Both the position numbers and the translations under genes were made by a program. Source: an uncultured Alphaproteobacteria bacterium (GTDB lineage Bacteria > Pseudomonadota > Alphaproteobacteria > Rhizobiales > Beijerinckiaceae). Taken from it: 64,000 nt of DNA. The DNA lies in NCBI GenBank assembly GCA_963704315.1, contig OY969887.1, positions 1,907,069 to 1,971,068 of the forward strand, given 5' to 3'. Below, piece after piece: positions 39,288 to 49,958 of the stretch (its first letter is position 1; every line of letters starts with the position of its first letter). Below the pieces are notes generated by a model that saw only the letters and a list, made by a program, of their open reading frames with translations, was not told the DNA's origin and ran no database searches.

Positions 39288-40871
39288 ATGTTCGAGCGTC
39301 GCGACGTGTTGAGATTGAGCCTCGGCGGCTTGGCTGCCGGGAGCGATCTTTCTTTTTGGCCGGCGCATGTCATCAGCAGCGCTGCCGCACAGACCGCCCC
39401 GCAGCAGGCGCAGGCGGCCCCGCAAGGGTTCGCGCTCGGCGAGCCGACCGCCTTCCATCCGGGCCTTGTGGCCGACGCCGCCCGGGCGGCGGCCAAGACA
39501 TCCTATAAACCCTTGCCGAATGATCTTCCCGATCCCTTACGCAATCTCAGCTACGAACAATATGTAGGGATACGTGCCAAACCGACCGCCATAGCTTGGG
39601 CGAATGAGAATTTCGGCTTCGCGCTCGAACCGCTGCACCGCGGCTTTATTTTCTCCGCGCCGGTCGCGATCAATCTCGTCGCGCAGGGGCAGGCGCGGCG
39701 GGTGATTTACGATACGGCGCAATTTGATTTCGGCAAGCTTTCTGCACCCGCCCACATCGGCGACATCGGCTTTTCCGGTTTTAGCATTCTGGTGCCGCAA
39801 AATGGCAGGGGTCTTGCGGAAATCGCGACCTTTCAGGGCGCGAGCTTCTTTCGGGCCATCGCCCAGGGCCAGCGCTTCGGCACTATGGCGCGGGCCTTGT
39901 CGATCAAGACCGCCGATCCGCGCGGCGAGGAGTTTCCGGCGATCCGCAGCTTTTGGATCGAACAGCCGAATCTCGCCACCGATGCCCTCGTCATCCATGC
40001 CTTGATCAATTCGGAGAGCATGACCGGGGCTTATCGTTTCACCTTGCATCCAGGCGAAGCGACGATCATCGACACCGAATGCACTTTATTCGCACGCGCC
40101 AAGGTCGATAATTTCGGTCTCGCCACGATGAGCGCGACCGTGGTGAGCGATGCGATCGATCACCGTCGAGCCGACGACACGCGTCTGACGATCGCCGACA
40201 TCGACGGTTTGCAGATGTCGACCGGCCACGGCGAATGGCTTTGGCGCGCGCTGTCGAATCGCGAGACCTTGCAAATCTCGACGTTTGTCGATGAAAATCC
40301 ACGTGGCTTCGGCTTTCTTCAACGCGACCGTTCCTTCCATGACTATCAGGACGACGACCAGCATTGGGAGATCCGGCCGTCCTTATGGATCGAACCGATC
40401 GGCGATTGGGGCGCCGGCGGCGTGCAGCTCATCGAGATCCCGAGCGATTCGGAAGCCAATGACAATATCATCGCCTATTGGCGGCCGCGTCAGATCCTGG
40501 CCGCGGGCAGCGAGACGGCCTTCGCCTATCGGCAGTTCTGGTGCTGGAACCCGCCCGAGCGGCCAGAGTTGGCCATTGTGACGGATACGCGCTCGGGCCG
40601 CGGCTCGACCGCGAAACGGCGGCGCTTTCTCGTCGAATTCAAGGGTGACATCCTCGGCAATGCGCAATCTGGGGTGGCCATCAATCCAGTCCTCACTGCG
40701 GGGCCTGGCAATGTCATCTTCCTAAGGCCATATCCGGCTCCAAGTACAAAATCCTATCGGATCTTGTTCGAGATCGATCCGGGCAATGAGGCATCGAGCG
40801 AATTGCGTCTCGTCCTCGAAGCCGCGGGCAAGCCCATCAGCGAAACCTGGTTGTACCGATGGACGCGTTGA
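39288..40871 (+). CDS. opgG: periplasmic glucan biosynthesis protein (OpgG/OpgD family)
   Basis: MdoG-family sequence throughout. The N-terminal MFERRDVLRLSLGGLAAG looks like a twin-arginine signal (OpgD-like). It overlaps the opgH start. Confidence 0.88.
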   Translation: MFERRDVLRLSLGGLAAGSDLSFWPAHVISSAAAQTAPQQAQAAPQGFALGEPTAFHPGLVADAARAAAKTSYKPLPNDLPDPLRNLSYEQYVGIRAKPTAIAWANENFGFALEPLHRGFIFSAPVAINLVAQGQARRVIYDTAQFDFGKLSAPAHIGDIGFSGFSILVPQNGRGLAEIATFQGASFFRAIAQGQRFGTMARALSIKTADPRGEEFPAIRSFWIEQPNLATDALVIHALINSESMTGAYRFTLHPGEATIIDTECTLFARAKVDNFGLATMSATVVSDAIDHRRADDTRLTIADIDGLQMSTGHGEWLWRALSNRETLQISTFVDENPRGFGFLQRDRSFHDYQDDDQHWEIRPSLWIEPIGDWGAGGVQLIEIPSDSEANDNIIAYWRPRQILAAGSETAFAYRQFWCWNPPERPELAIVTDTRSGRGSTAKRRRFLVEFKGDILGNAQSGVAINPVLTAGPGNVIFLRPYPAPSTKSYRILFEIDPGNEASSELRLVLEAAGKPISETWLYRWTR

Positions 40872-43135
40872 CCAGTTTGCAATCCCTCGACACGGGCGCC
40901 GCCGGGCTCGAAACCCTGGCCGCCCAGAGTCCTGGCCAAAGTTGTCCTGCCCAAAGTTCCGGCCAGGAGCGGACGAAGCCGGATTGGGCCAGCTCCATGC
41001 CGAGCGAATCGCCCTTGGCGATGCCGATCCAGAGCCTGTTCCATTTCGATCGCGCCAAAGAGCGGGCGCGACGGCCGCCGCGTTCGAGCATCTGGTCGTG
41101 GCTTGCCCGCTTGCTGGTGTTCGGCGGGGCTTTCGCGCTGACCGGTTACGGCGCCTATGAGATCTATGAAGTCGTCTCGGTCGGCACGGTGACGCCGCTC
41201 GAATGGGCGCTCGTAACCTTCTTCGTCATCAATTTCTCCTGGATCTCGCTCGCCTTCTCGAGCGCGCTCGTCGGCTTCCTCTGGCTGCTTTTCGTCCGTC
41301 CCAAACCACCCGCCGTGCCGGCCGGGTTCCAGGAACGCACCGCCATCGTGATGCCGATCTATAATGAGGCGCCGGCACGCGTCTTCGGCGCCCTGCAGGC
41401 GATCCATAAGGAAGTGGAGGCGACGGGACTGGGCTCAACCTTCGATTGGTTCTTTTTGTCCGACACGACCAATCCGGAGATCTTCATTGCCGAGGAACAT
41501 GCTTTCGCCGCGCTGCGGCGCAGGCTCGGTGCCGGCGCCCGATTTTATTACCGGCATCGGCCGAAGAATATTGCCCGCAAAGCCGGCAATATCGCCGATT
41601 TCGTGAGCCGCTGGGGCGGTCATTACGCCCATATGGTCGTGCTCGACGCCGACAGCCTGATGACCGGGCAAGCCATCATCGGCCTTGCCGCGGCGATGGA
41701 GGCCGATCCCGGCGCCGGGATCATTCAGACCCTGCCGCTGATCATCAATCGCAACACGCTATTCGCCCGCGTGCAGCAATTCGCCGCCCGCATCTATGGG
41801 CCGGTGATCGCTGCCGGCTTCACCGCCTGGATGGGCCGCGACGGGAATTACTGGGGCCATAATGCGATCATCAGAACAAAGGCCTTTGCCGCGCATTGTG
41901 GCCTGCCCGGTCTCGGCGGACGACCGCCGCTCGGCGGCCATATATTGAGCCATGATTTCGTCGAAGCAGGGCTGATCCGCCGCGCCGGCTATGCAGTCTA
42001 TATGCTGCCCGGCATCACCGGCAGCTTCGAGGAAAGTCCGCCGACATTGATCGATCTCGCCGCGCGCGATCGGCGCTGGTGCCAGGGCAATCTTCAGCAT
42101 ATGCGGGTTCTGCCGGCGGCCGGTCTCTCGCTTGCGTCGCGTCAGCATTTGATCACCGGCATCATGGGCTATCTTGCATCCCCGCTATGGTTGCTGCAGC
42201 TCTGCGTCGGCATCATTCTCGTCTTTCAGGCGAGCTATATAAGGCCGGAATATTTTACCAGCGAATTCACCTTGTTCCCGGCCTTTCCGCGTTTCGACGC
42301 GGAACGATCCTTGGCCTTGTTCGCCCTCACCATGGCGATCCTTTTGGCGCCAAAACTCTTCGGCCTCATTCTCTCGCTCCTGCATCGGCCGACGCGGCGG
42401 GGCTGCGGCGGCGCGATCCTTCTTATCATCTCGACTTTGTTCGAGATCATGATGTCGGCCTTGCTTGCGCCCATTCAAATGCTGATTCAAACCGGACATG
42501 TGGCGCATTTCCTCTTCGGCTTCGACACCGGCTGGAATCCGCAGCGGCGCGACGATGGATCGATGCCTTTCGGGGCGATCGTCCGCCGCCACCGATCGCA
42601 TGTCGCTATGGGCTTACTCACCTTGATCGCCGGCCTTTTGATCTCACCCTCGCTCGTCGCCTGGATGTCGCCGACGATCATCGGCCTGGTGCTGGCGATC
42701 TTCATCTCCTGGGTGACCGGCAAATTGGCCTTCGGCCTCGCTCTGCGGCGCGCCGGGCTTTTGATCACGCCGGAAGAAAAGCACAAGCCGCCGGTGGTGC
42801 GCCGCGCCAATCAGTTCGCCAAGGAGTTCGCGCCGCTGACCGCCATGGCCGATGGCCTCAAGAGCCTTTATGCGGATCCGGAGTTTCGCTCCATTCACGT
42901 CGCGATGCTGCCGACGGGACCGGCGCGCCGACGTGGCGACATTTCGCCCGAATGGGCGCTGGCCGAAGCCAAACTCCTCGAGGCGGCAACGATCGATGAG
43001 GCGATCGATTGGCTCAAGCCCATCGAACGCATGACCATCATGCTCGATGCTGTCCTCATCGCAAAGCTGGTCGAACTGCCGCCGATGAGCGCGCCATCGC
43101 TTCCTCCTGACGAAGCCCTGCGACAAGCGAGCTAG
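40859..43135 (+). CDS. opgH: glucans biosynthesis glucosyltransferase H (GT2)
   Basis: IVMPIYNE, VVLDADS, RWCQGNLQH and multiple transmembrane segments are typical of MdoH/OpgH. Confidence 0.92.
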   Translation: MDALTSLQSLDTGAAGLETLAAQSPGQSCPAQSSGQERTKPDWASSMPSESPLAMPIQSLFHFDRAKERARRPPRSSIWSWLARLLVFGGAFALTGYGAYEIYEVVSVGTVTPLEWALVTFFVINFSWISLAFSSALVGFLWLLFVRPKPPAVPAGFQERTAIVMPIYNEAPARVFGALQAIHKEVEATGLGSTFDWFFLSDTTNPEIFIAEEHAFAALRRRLGAGARFYYRHRPKNIARKAGNIADFVSRWGGHYAHMVVLDADSLMTGQAIIGLAAAMEADPGAGIIQTLPLIINRNTLFARVQQFAARIYGPVIAAGFTAWMGRDGNYWGHNAIIRTKAFAAHCGLPGLGGRPPLGGHILSHDFVEAGLIRRAGYAVYMLPGITGSFEESPPTLIDLAARDRRWCQGNLQHMRVLPAAGLSLASRQHLITGIMGYLASPLWLLQLCVGIILVFQASYIRPEYFTSEFTLFPAFPRFDAERSLALFALTMAILLAPKLFGLILSLLHRPTRRGCGGAILLIISTLFEIMMSALLAPIQMLIQTGHVAHFLFGFDTGWNPQRRDDGSMPFGAIVRRHRSHVAMGLLTLIAGLLISPSLVAWMSPTIIGLVLAIFISWVTGKLAFGLALRRAGLLITPEEKHKPPVVRRANQFAKEFAPLTAMADGLKSLYADPEFRSIHVAMLPTGPARRRGDISPEWALAEAKLLEAATIDEAIDWLKPIERMTIMLDAVLIAKLVELPPMSAPSLPPDEALRQAS

Positions 43136-43139
43136 TATA

Positions 43140-43156
43140 TTTAGTATGATTCTAAA
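43140..43156. promoter_or_regulatory. Irr-type iron control element (ICE)-like box
   Basis: TTTAGTA-TGA-TTCTAAA matches 13 of 14 positions of the ICE consensus TTTAGAA-N3-TTCTAAA. It lies about 280 nt upstream of the FTR1-family gene. Confidence 0.45.
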
Positions 43157-43371
43157 GTTGCCGCATAACGCTTGCGATGAAGAGCGACGCGCGTATAGTA
43201 TTTTCTCGAAGCAGGGTGCTATGAGCGGACCGCGTGCGACTGTCGGCACGCTCGTCGAAGGCCGGCAAGACGCGGCCCTTACGCAGGGGCCTTAGCGGCG
43301 CAAACCCAGCGCGCATCTCTCCAACGGGCTCTCGGATGGCGGGTCTTGCGCGCAGAGTTTGCTTGAAGGAA

Positions 43372-43401
43372 TCTTGCTCGAACGAGTCTTGCTCGAACGA
43401 A
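43372..43401. repeat. 15-bp tandem duplication (14/15 identical)
   Basis: tcttgctcgaacgag followed by tcttgctcgaacgaa, just upstream of the probable FTR1 start. Confidence 0.9.
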
Positions 43402-43433
43402 AAGTCATTGTGATCCTAGGGAAAGGTCCGCGC

Positions 43434-44267
43434 GTGCTCGGTGCTCTCATCATCGTCTTCCGCGAAGTGGTCGAAGCCGGTCTCATCGTCGGGATCGTAT
43501 TCGCGGTCACACAATCCATTCCGATGCGCCTGCCCTATATCCTCGGCGGCCTGGTCGCAGGCCTTTGCGGCGCCGGCCTCGTCGCGGCTTTCGCCGGCGC
43601 GATCGCCTCGATGATCCAAGGCTCCGGGCAGGAGGTCTTCAATGCGTCGATCCTCTCGCTCGCCGTCGTGATGCTAACCTGGCACAATGTCTGGATGGCG
43701 CGGCATGGCCGCGAGATGGCCGCGAGCCTGCATGAGATGGGCCGTGAGCTCCACGACGGCTCGAAGACATTGTTCGCACTTGCCATCGTCGTCGCCGTCG
43801 CGGTGCTGCGCGAAGGTTCGGAAATCGTCCTCTTTCTTTACGGCATCGTCATCTCCCAGGGAACCACCGGGGCCGGCGTGCTGGCCGGCGGGCTCATCGG
43901 TCTAGCGCTCGGCGCGGGCCTCGCCTATCTCACCTTCAAAGGCCTGATCGCCATTCCAATGCGGCATTTGTTTCGGGTGACGACGCTCTTGATCTCCTTC
44001 ATGGCGGCCGGCATGGCCGTGCAGGCCGTCGCCTTCCTCGAACAGGCGGATCTTGCGAACGAGCTCAGCCGAACCGTGTGGAACACCTCGGCGATCGTGT
44101 CGGACAACAGCCTCCTCGGCCGCATCCTCCACACTCTGCTCGGCTACACGGACCGGCCGACGCAATTGCAGCTTCTCGTCTATATTGTCACGCTCGCCAT
44201 CATCTTCGGCCTCATGAAGCTGTTTTCGCCGCCGCCGAAGCCTATCCGGCAGCTCGCGACAAGCTGA
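43434..44267 (+). CDS. FTR1-family iron permease
   Basis: It has two REXXE motifs (REVVE, REGSE) in transmembrane helices. The probable GTG start at 43434 gives (M)LGALIIVFREVVEAGLIV. The ORF track starts at TTG 43359. Confidence 0.7.
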   Translation: MLGALIIVFREVVEAGLIVGIVFAVTQSIPMRLPYILGGLVAGLCGAGLVAAFAGAIASMIQGSGQEVFNASILSLAVVMLTWHNVWMARHGREMAASLHEMGRELHDGSKTLFALAIVVAVAVLREGSEIVLFLYGIVISQGTTGAGVLAGGLIGLALGAGLAYLTFKGLIAIPMRHLFRVTTLLISFMAAGMAVQAVAFLEQADLANELSRTVWNTSAIVSDNSLLGRILHTLLGYTDRPTQLQLLVYIVTLAIIFGLMKLFSPPPKPIRQLATS

Positions 44268-44640
44268 GATGGGGACGGCTGCCTGGCGCTACGCGGCAGT
44301 ACGGCGCGCGAGACCCCGTAAAATCAGCTGGCGGAGAAAGCAGGCTTGCAATCCATTTGCTTCGCTCCGATATAGGGTCTAAACAGCGCTGCCGGATCGA
44401 GCCACATCAATTCTTCATTCTCGTGTTCCGGCGTGCACCTGAGTATCCTCCCGATCTCGGGATGTAGACGCCGGGCCTGGAGATCTCGCACCGGCGCAGC
44501 GGCGAGGATATTTCGCAAAATTCTCGCTATTTCGCATAGTTTTTGCTTGGCAATTCGCGGCCTTGGCGAGCGTCCGCTAGCGAAGCGACCACCCACGGCC
44601 CGATCGGGCAGCGTCTTTGACGGCTGCTTTCAGGAACAAT

Positions 44641-46092
<1,452 letters not shown>

Positions 46093-46128
46093 CGCTGCGG
46101 CTGGCTATCCACTTTTGCTGAAAATGTT

Positions 46129-46452
46129 CTAGTGAAGCGTCGCAGCCGCTGCCTTGCAAACGACGGCATCTTGCACGCCCGCACCGCCGCTGCAGCCGAT
46201 GGCCCCGATGAGCTTGTCGTGCTCGATGAGCAGGACGCCGCCGGGCGATGCTATAAGCCTGCGGTCGAGCGTGGAGACGGAAGGATGGCCGGTCTCCATT
46301 GAATCGTAGAACACAGCTGTCGGGCGGCGAAACCGCGCTGCCGTGTAGGCCTTGTCCTGCGAGACGGCCACAGAAGCAAACTGGGTGTCATCCATCTTTT
46401 CGAAATAGACGAGCTCGCCAGCGGTGTCGACGACCGCAATGGCCATTTCCAA
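46129..46452 (-). pseudogene. GlcG/HbpS-like (DUF336) protein, N-terminally disrupted
   Basis: IAVVDTAGELVYFEKMDD...VSQDKAYTAARFRRPT...GAIGCSGG is DUF336. The expected preceding segment AKLARSAEAEARKHNW is present upstream but in another frame, with an apparent 1-nt loss near 46449-46451. That upstream frame has no start codon and runs into a palindrome. Confidence 0.55.
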
Positions 46453-46507
46453 TTGTGTTTTCTCGCCTCGGCCTCGGCGGACCTCGCAAGCTTGGCATGA
46501 CGACCAA

Positions 46508-46555
46508 GATCACCTTCGAAGACATCAGATATATCCGATGTCTTCGAAGGTGATC
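46508..46555. repeat. perfect 19-bp inverted repeat with 10-nt loop
   Basis: gatcaccttcgaagacatc ... gatgtcttcgaaggtgatc. Confidence 0.95.
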
Positions 46556-46662
46556 AATTTTAATAATTGGAGCGGGATATGCAGATAAGTTCACGCAATC
46601 TGCGTAAACTTGATTGCGCTGGAAAACCGGTTCCCACTTTTCCTCGTCCCGCCCTTGAGCCA

Positions 46663-47052
46663 TCAAGGGTTTTCTGACGAAGCCGGCATCCCCAATTGGT
46701 CTTGTGTCGCCGGCGTGATCGACACCAATTCACCGCAGCCGCAAGACCCCGTCTGATTGGGATTTTTGAAAATAAAGCCGGCGCCGAGCTTGTCGGTCTC
46801 GAAATCCATCTCGGTCCCCAAGAGGAACATGAGCGCTTTCGGATCGATCACGATCTTCACGCCCTTGTCTTCCACCACCTCGTCATAAGGCCCGATCGCA
46901 TCGGCAAATTCGAGCGTATAGCTCATGCCGGCGCAACCGCCGTTCTTGACGCCGACCCGCAGCGCCGCCTTGTCGGAGGCCGAGAGAAGCTCCTGCGCCC
47001 GCCCCGCTGCAGCCTCGGTCAATGTCATGATTGCGAAATTCGCTGTCGCCAC
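46663..47052 (-). CDS. sufA: HesB/IscA-family iron-sulfur cluster insertion protein
   Basis: LRVGVKNGGCAGMSY and GSCGCGE motifs. A GTG at 47052 is preceded by AAGGAGG. The C-terminus runs about 20 aa past the usual CGCGxSF end. Confidence 0.82.
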   Translation of the reverse strand: MATANFAIMTLTEAAAGRAQELLSASDKAALRVGVKNGGCAGMSYTLEFADAIGPYDEVVEDKGVKIVIDPKALMFLLGTEMDFETDKLGAGFIFKNPNQTGSCGCGELVSITPATQDQLGMPASSENP

Positions 47053-47185
47053 TTCGACCTCCTTCGCGCCGCCCGCAAAGCCCAAGCGGCAAGCCAAACA
47101 AATCTCATAGTCTCTTATACTACATAGGTCGGCTCAGCGCATCCGGCAGGGTCGACCTTCGCCCGCTGTTTGATGATCCAAGGAT

Positions 47186-47812
47186 TTAAGCGGCGGCGAT
47201 CATGCCGGCCGATTTGAGCGCGCGCGCGACCAGAGCGACCCGCCGCCCTTGCCAGCGGGCCACATCGAGATCATCGGCGCTCGGCGGCTTTGCCTGGTTA
47301 AGCGAGATCGAGGTCGCGCCATAGGGCGTGCCGGCCTTGAACATGGCGGCATCGGCATAGCCGGTCGGCACGATGATGAGGCCTAGATGCGCGAGCGGAA
47401 CATACATGGAGAGCAGTGTCGTTTCATTGCCGCCATGCGGGGTCGAGGTTGAACAGAAGACGGCGCCCGCTTTGCCGTTCAGCCGGCCCTGAAACCAAAG
47501 CCCGCCAAGGCTGTCGATATAGGCCTTCAGTTCCGCCGACACATTGCCGAAGCGCGTCGGCGTGCCGAAGATCAGCGCATCGGCCCAGGCAGCATCCTCG
47601 GCCGTCGGTGCCTGATAGCGCGCATTCATCGCCGCAGCACTCTCCTGCCATCCCTGCGCTTGCGCCATGGTCTCCGGGCCGACGAACTCGCGGGCGCGGC
47701 GCAGGCGCACATCGGCGCCCTCTTTGGCAGCGCCTTCGCCGATCGCCTTGGCGAGTGCTTCCGTGACACCAGTACGCGAATAGAATGCGATCAAGACATT
47801 GATATCAGGCAT
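47186..47812 (-). CDS. wrbA: flavodoxin-like NAD(P)H:quinone oxidoreductase (WrbA type)
   Basis: VLIAFYSRTGVTEALAKAI, FGTPTRFGN and GGNETT are typical WrbA motifs. Confidence 0.82.
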   Translation of the reverse strand: MPDINVLIAFYSRTGVTEALAKAIGEGAAKEGADVRLRRAREFVGPETMAQAQGWQESAAAMNARYQAPTAEDAAWADALIFGTPTRFGNVSAELKAYIDSLGGLWFQGRLNGKAGAVFCSTSTPHGGNETTLLSMYVPLAHLGLIIVPTGYADAAMFKAGTPYGATSISLNQAKPPSADDLDVARWQGRRVALVARALKSAGMIAAA

Positions 47813-47839
47813 GATTATCAAAGCTCCCGAGAGATTGGA

Positions 47840-48730
47840 CTAAAAGCGGCCAGCGCGGAAATCCGCGATCGCCTGCTCTATTTCGGCCTGTGTCGTCATC
47901 ACGAAGGGCCCATATTTGGCGATCGGCTCGCGCAACGGCTTCGCGGCGGCAAAGAGCAGCCGCGCGCCATGGCCCATAGCTTTGAGATCGAGCCTGTCGC
48001 CCGACGAGAGTATGCCGAGCTGGCGCTGCCCAAGCGGCGAAGCGGCATCGGCTGGTCCGATCCTCACCTCGCCTTCATAAGGGTAAAGGAAGGCCGCGTG
48101 GTCGAAGGGCAAGGAGAGATCGAAGGCTGCGCCCGGCTCGACGCCAATATCGAGGAGGATCGGCGTGGTGGCACGAGGCTCGATCACGCCGTGCTGGCCA
48201 GCGATTTCACCGGCGAGGATTTTGGCGCCCACGCCCTCGGCGAGGCGCACCGAGGGAATCTCTTCGGCAGCGACATCACGATAATGCGGGGCACACATTT
48301 TGTCGCGCGCCGGCAGATTGAGCCAGAGCTGAAAGCCGCGCATCAGCCCGTCCCTCTGTTCCGGCATTTCCGAATGGACGATTCCGCGGCCCGCCGTCAT
48401 CCATTGCATCGCGCCCGGCCCGAGCAGGCCGACATGCCCCTGATTGTCGCGATGGCGCAAAGCGCCTGCGAGCATATAGGTCACGGTCTCGAAACCGCGA
48501 TGCGGATGATCCGGAAAGCCTGCGATATAGGCCGTTGGATCATCCGAATTGAACTCGTCGAGCATCAGAAAAGGATCGAGATCGGGCAGACCCGGCTGGC
48601 CGATGATGCGGGTGAGTTTTACCCCGGCACCATCGGACGTGCCCATGCCCGCCACCACGGACATCAAATGTCGCGAAACGCGCGTCTCCCTCGTCTCGCT
48701 GATCCTCTCAACCAAGCTGCCCGTCGCCAT
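47840..48730 (-). CDS. pirin-family protein
   Basis: FPDHPHRGFETVTYML...QWMTAGRGIVHSE is the pirin cupin signature. Confidence 0.9.
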   Translation of the reverse strand: MATGSLVERISETRETRVSRHLMSVVAGMGTSDGAGVKLTRIIGQPGLPDLDPFLMLDEFNSDDPTAYIAGFPDHPHRGFETVTYMLAGALRHRDNQGHVGLLGPGAMQWMTAGRGIVHSEMPEQRDGLMRGFQLWLNLPARDKMCAPHYRDVAAEEIPSVRLAEGVGAKILAGEIAGQHGVIEPRATTPILLDIGVEPGAAFDLSLPFDHAAFLYPYEGEVRIGPADAASPLGQRQLGILSSGDRLDLKAMGHGARLLFAAAKPLREPIAKYGPFVMTTQAEIEQAIADFRAGRF

Positions 48731-48834
48731 AACCGCTGTCCTTTGCTGCCTTCACCAGCAAGATAGGCGTTTACTTTATTGGCGCATATCGTCATCTCAG
48801 GAACAAGATTGTTGCACTATACGGAACACTGGAG

Positions 48835-49749
48835 ATGCAGAGCCTGGAAGATGTGCTGGCTTTCGTGCGGGTCGTCGAGACGGGCGGCTTCAGCCGCGCG
48901 GCGGAGCGGCTCGGCCTGTCGAAATCGATCATCAGCCGGCGGGTCGCGCGGCTCGAAGCCGATCTCGGCGTCCGCCTCTTGAACCGCACGACGCGCGGCA
49001 TCGCGCCGACCGAGGCGGGGCTCGAATTCAAGATGCGCTGCGCGGAAATTCTGAGCCAGTTGGAAGCCGCGCGCGAGGCTGTCACCTGTCGCGAGAAAGA
49101 TGTGGCGGGCACTTTGCGGCTCGCCGTGCCTCTGTCCTTCGGCATTGCGCGATTGGCACCGGCGATCAGCGCCTTCGCAGCGGAAAATCCGCGCCTGTCG
49201 ATCGATCTCAGCTTCAGCGATCGCTTCGTCGATCTCGTCGCCGAGGGATTCGATGCCGCGGTGCGGATCGGGATTCTGCCGGACATGAGTTTTATCGCGC
49301 GGCGGCTCGGCGCGGTTCAGTCCCTCCTCGTCGCAAGTCCGGCCTATGTCGCAAAGCATGGCATGCCGGAGAAGCCACAGGCGCTCGCAAAGCACGACTG
49401 CCTCATCTATTCCGCCGGTTCACGCGACACATGGCAGTTTCGCAGTGGGCGCAAATGGCTCACCTTGCGCCCGCAAGGGCGTTTCAGGGCCGATAATGGC
49501 GAGGTTTTGCGGGCGGCGGCGCTAGCCGGCCTCGGCATTGCGGCGCTGCCGCATTTCCTTCTCGGCGAGGCTTTGGCGCGGGGCGAACTCATGCGCCTGC
49601 TCGAAGCCTATCCCATGCCGGAAGCGGGCATTCATCTCTTGCGCCCAGCGGGCGGCCCTGCGTCGGCGCGGCTGCGCGCGCTCAGCGATCATCTCGCGAC
49701 GTGGTTTGGGATGCCGGCAGAGGCAGCGCGCGAAGGAGCCGGCGGCTAA
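48835..49749 (+). CDS. LysR-family transcriptional regulator
   Basis: N-terminal HTH LAFVRVVETGGFSRAAERLGLSKSIISRRVARLE with a LysR substrate-binding domain. It is divergent from the pirin gene. Confidence 0.9.
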   Translation: MQSLEDVLAFVRVVETGGFSRAAERLGLSKSIISRRVARLEADLGVRLLNRTTRGIAPTEAGLEFKMRCAEILSQLEAAREAVTCREKDVAGTLRLAVPLSFGIARLAPAISAFAAENPRLSIDLSFSDRFVDLVAEGFDAAVRIGILPDMSFIARRLGAVQSLLVASPAYVAKHGMPEKPQALAKHDCLIYSAGSRDTWQFRSGRKWLTLRPQGRFRADNGEVLRAAALAGLGIAALPHFLLGEALARGELMRLLEAYPMPEAGIHLLRPAGGPASARLRALSDHLATWFGMPAEAAREGAGG

Positions 49750-49750
49750 T

Positions 49751-49938
49751 CCCTCCCCTTCAGGGGAGGGTGGCTGCGAAGCAGCCGGGTGGGGTCGTGC
49801 CGCTCATGCAAAAAAAACAGATCCCAACCGAAACCCCATCCGGCAGCGGAGTGCTGCTCCGCTGCCACCTTCCCCAACCCAACTCGGGCCTGCCCGAGTT
49901 GGGCATTTAAATGCGCAAGTCGGCAACAACCGACTTGC
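49751..49938. repeat. array of five GC-rich hairpins (REP-like) in a convergent intergenic region
   Basis: Stems lie at 49751-49770 (ccctcccc/ggggaggg), 49772-49786, 49842-49866 (9 bp), 49878-49903 (11 bp) and 49915-49938 (9 bp). Confidence 0.85.
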
Positions 49939-49958
49939 GATGGGGAAGGAGAGGCCCC

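Noticed and set aside
27586-43401. The two tandem duplications (18 bp x2 at 27586 and 15 bp x2 at 43372), considered as possible CRISPR or VNTR arrays.
   Set aside because: Each has only two units with no spacers, and no cas genes are in the window. They are simple duplications, not arrays.
46562-46576. aataattggagcggg matches the tRNA-Gly 3' end plus flank (aattattggagcggg at 21065-21079) at 14 of 15 positions, which could be an att-site duplicate of a tRNA-targeted island.
   Set aside because: The copy lies on the 5' side of the minus-strand tRNA, the wrong side for a 3'-end integration. The 25 kb in between carry essential housekeeping genes (proS, glmS, glmU, lolD and the LolC/E permease). 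The match was also found post hoc, so its significance is marginal. It is mentioned only as context for the disrupted DUF336 locus.
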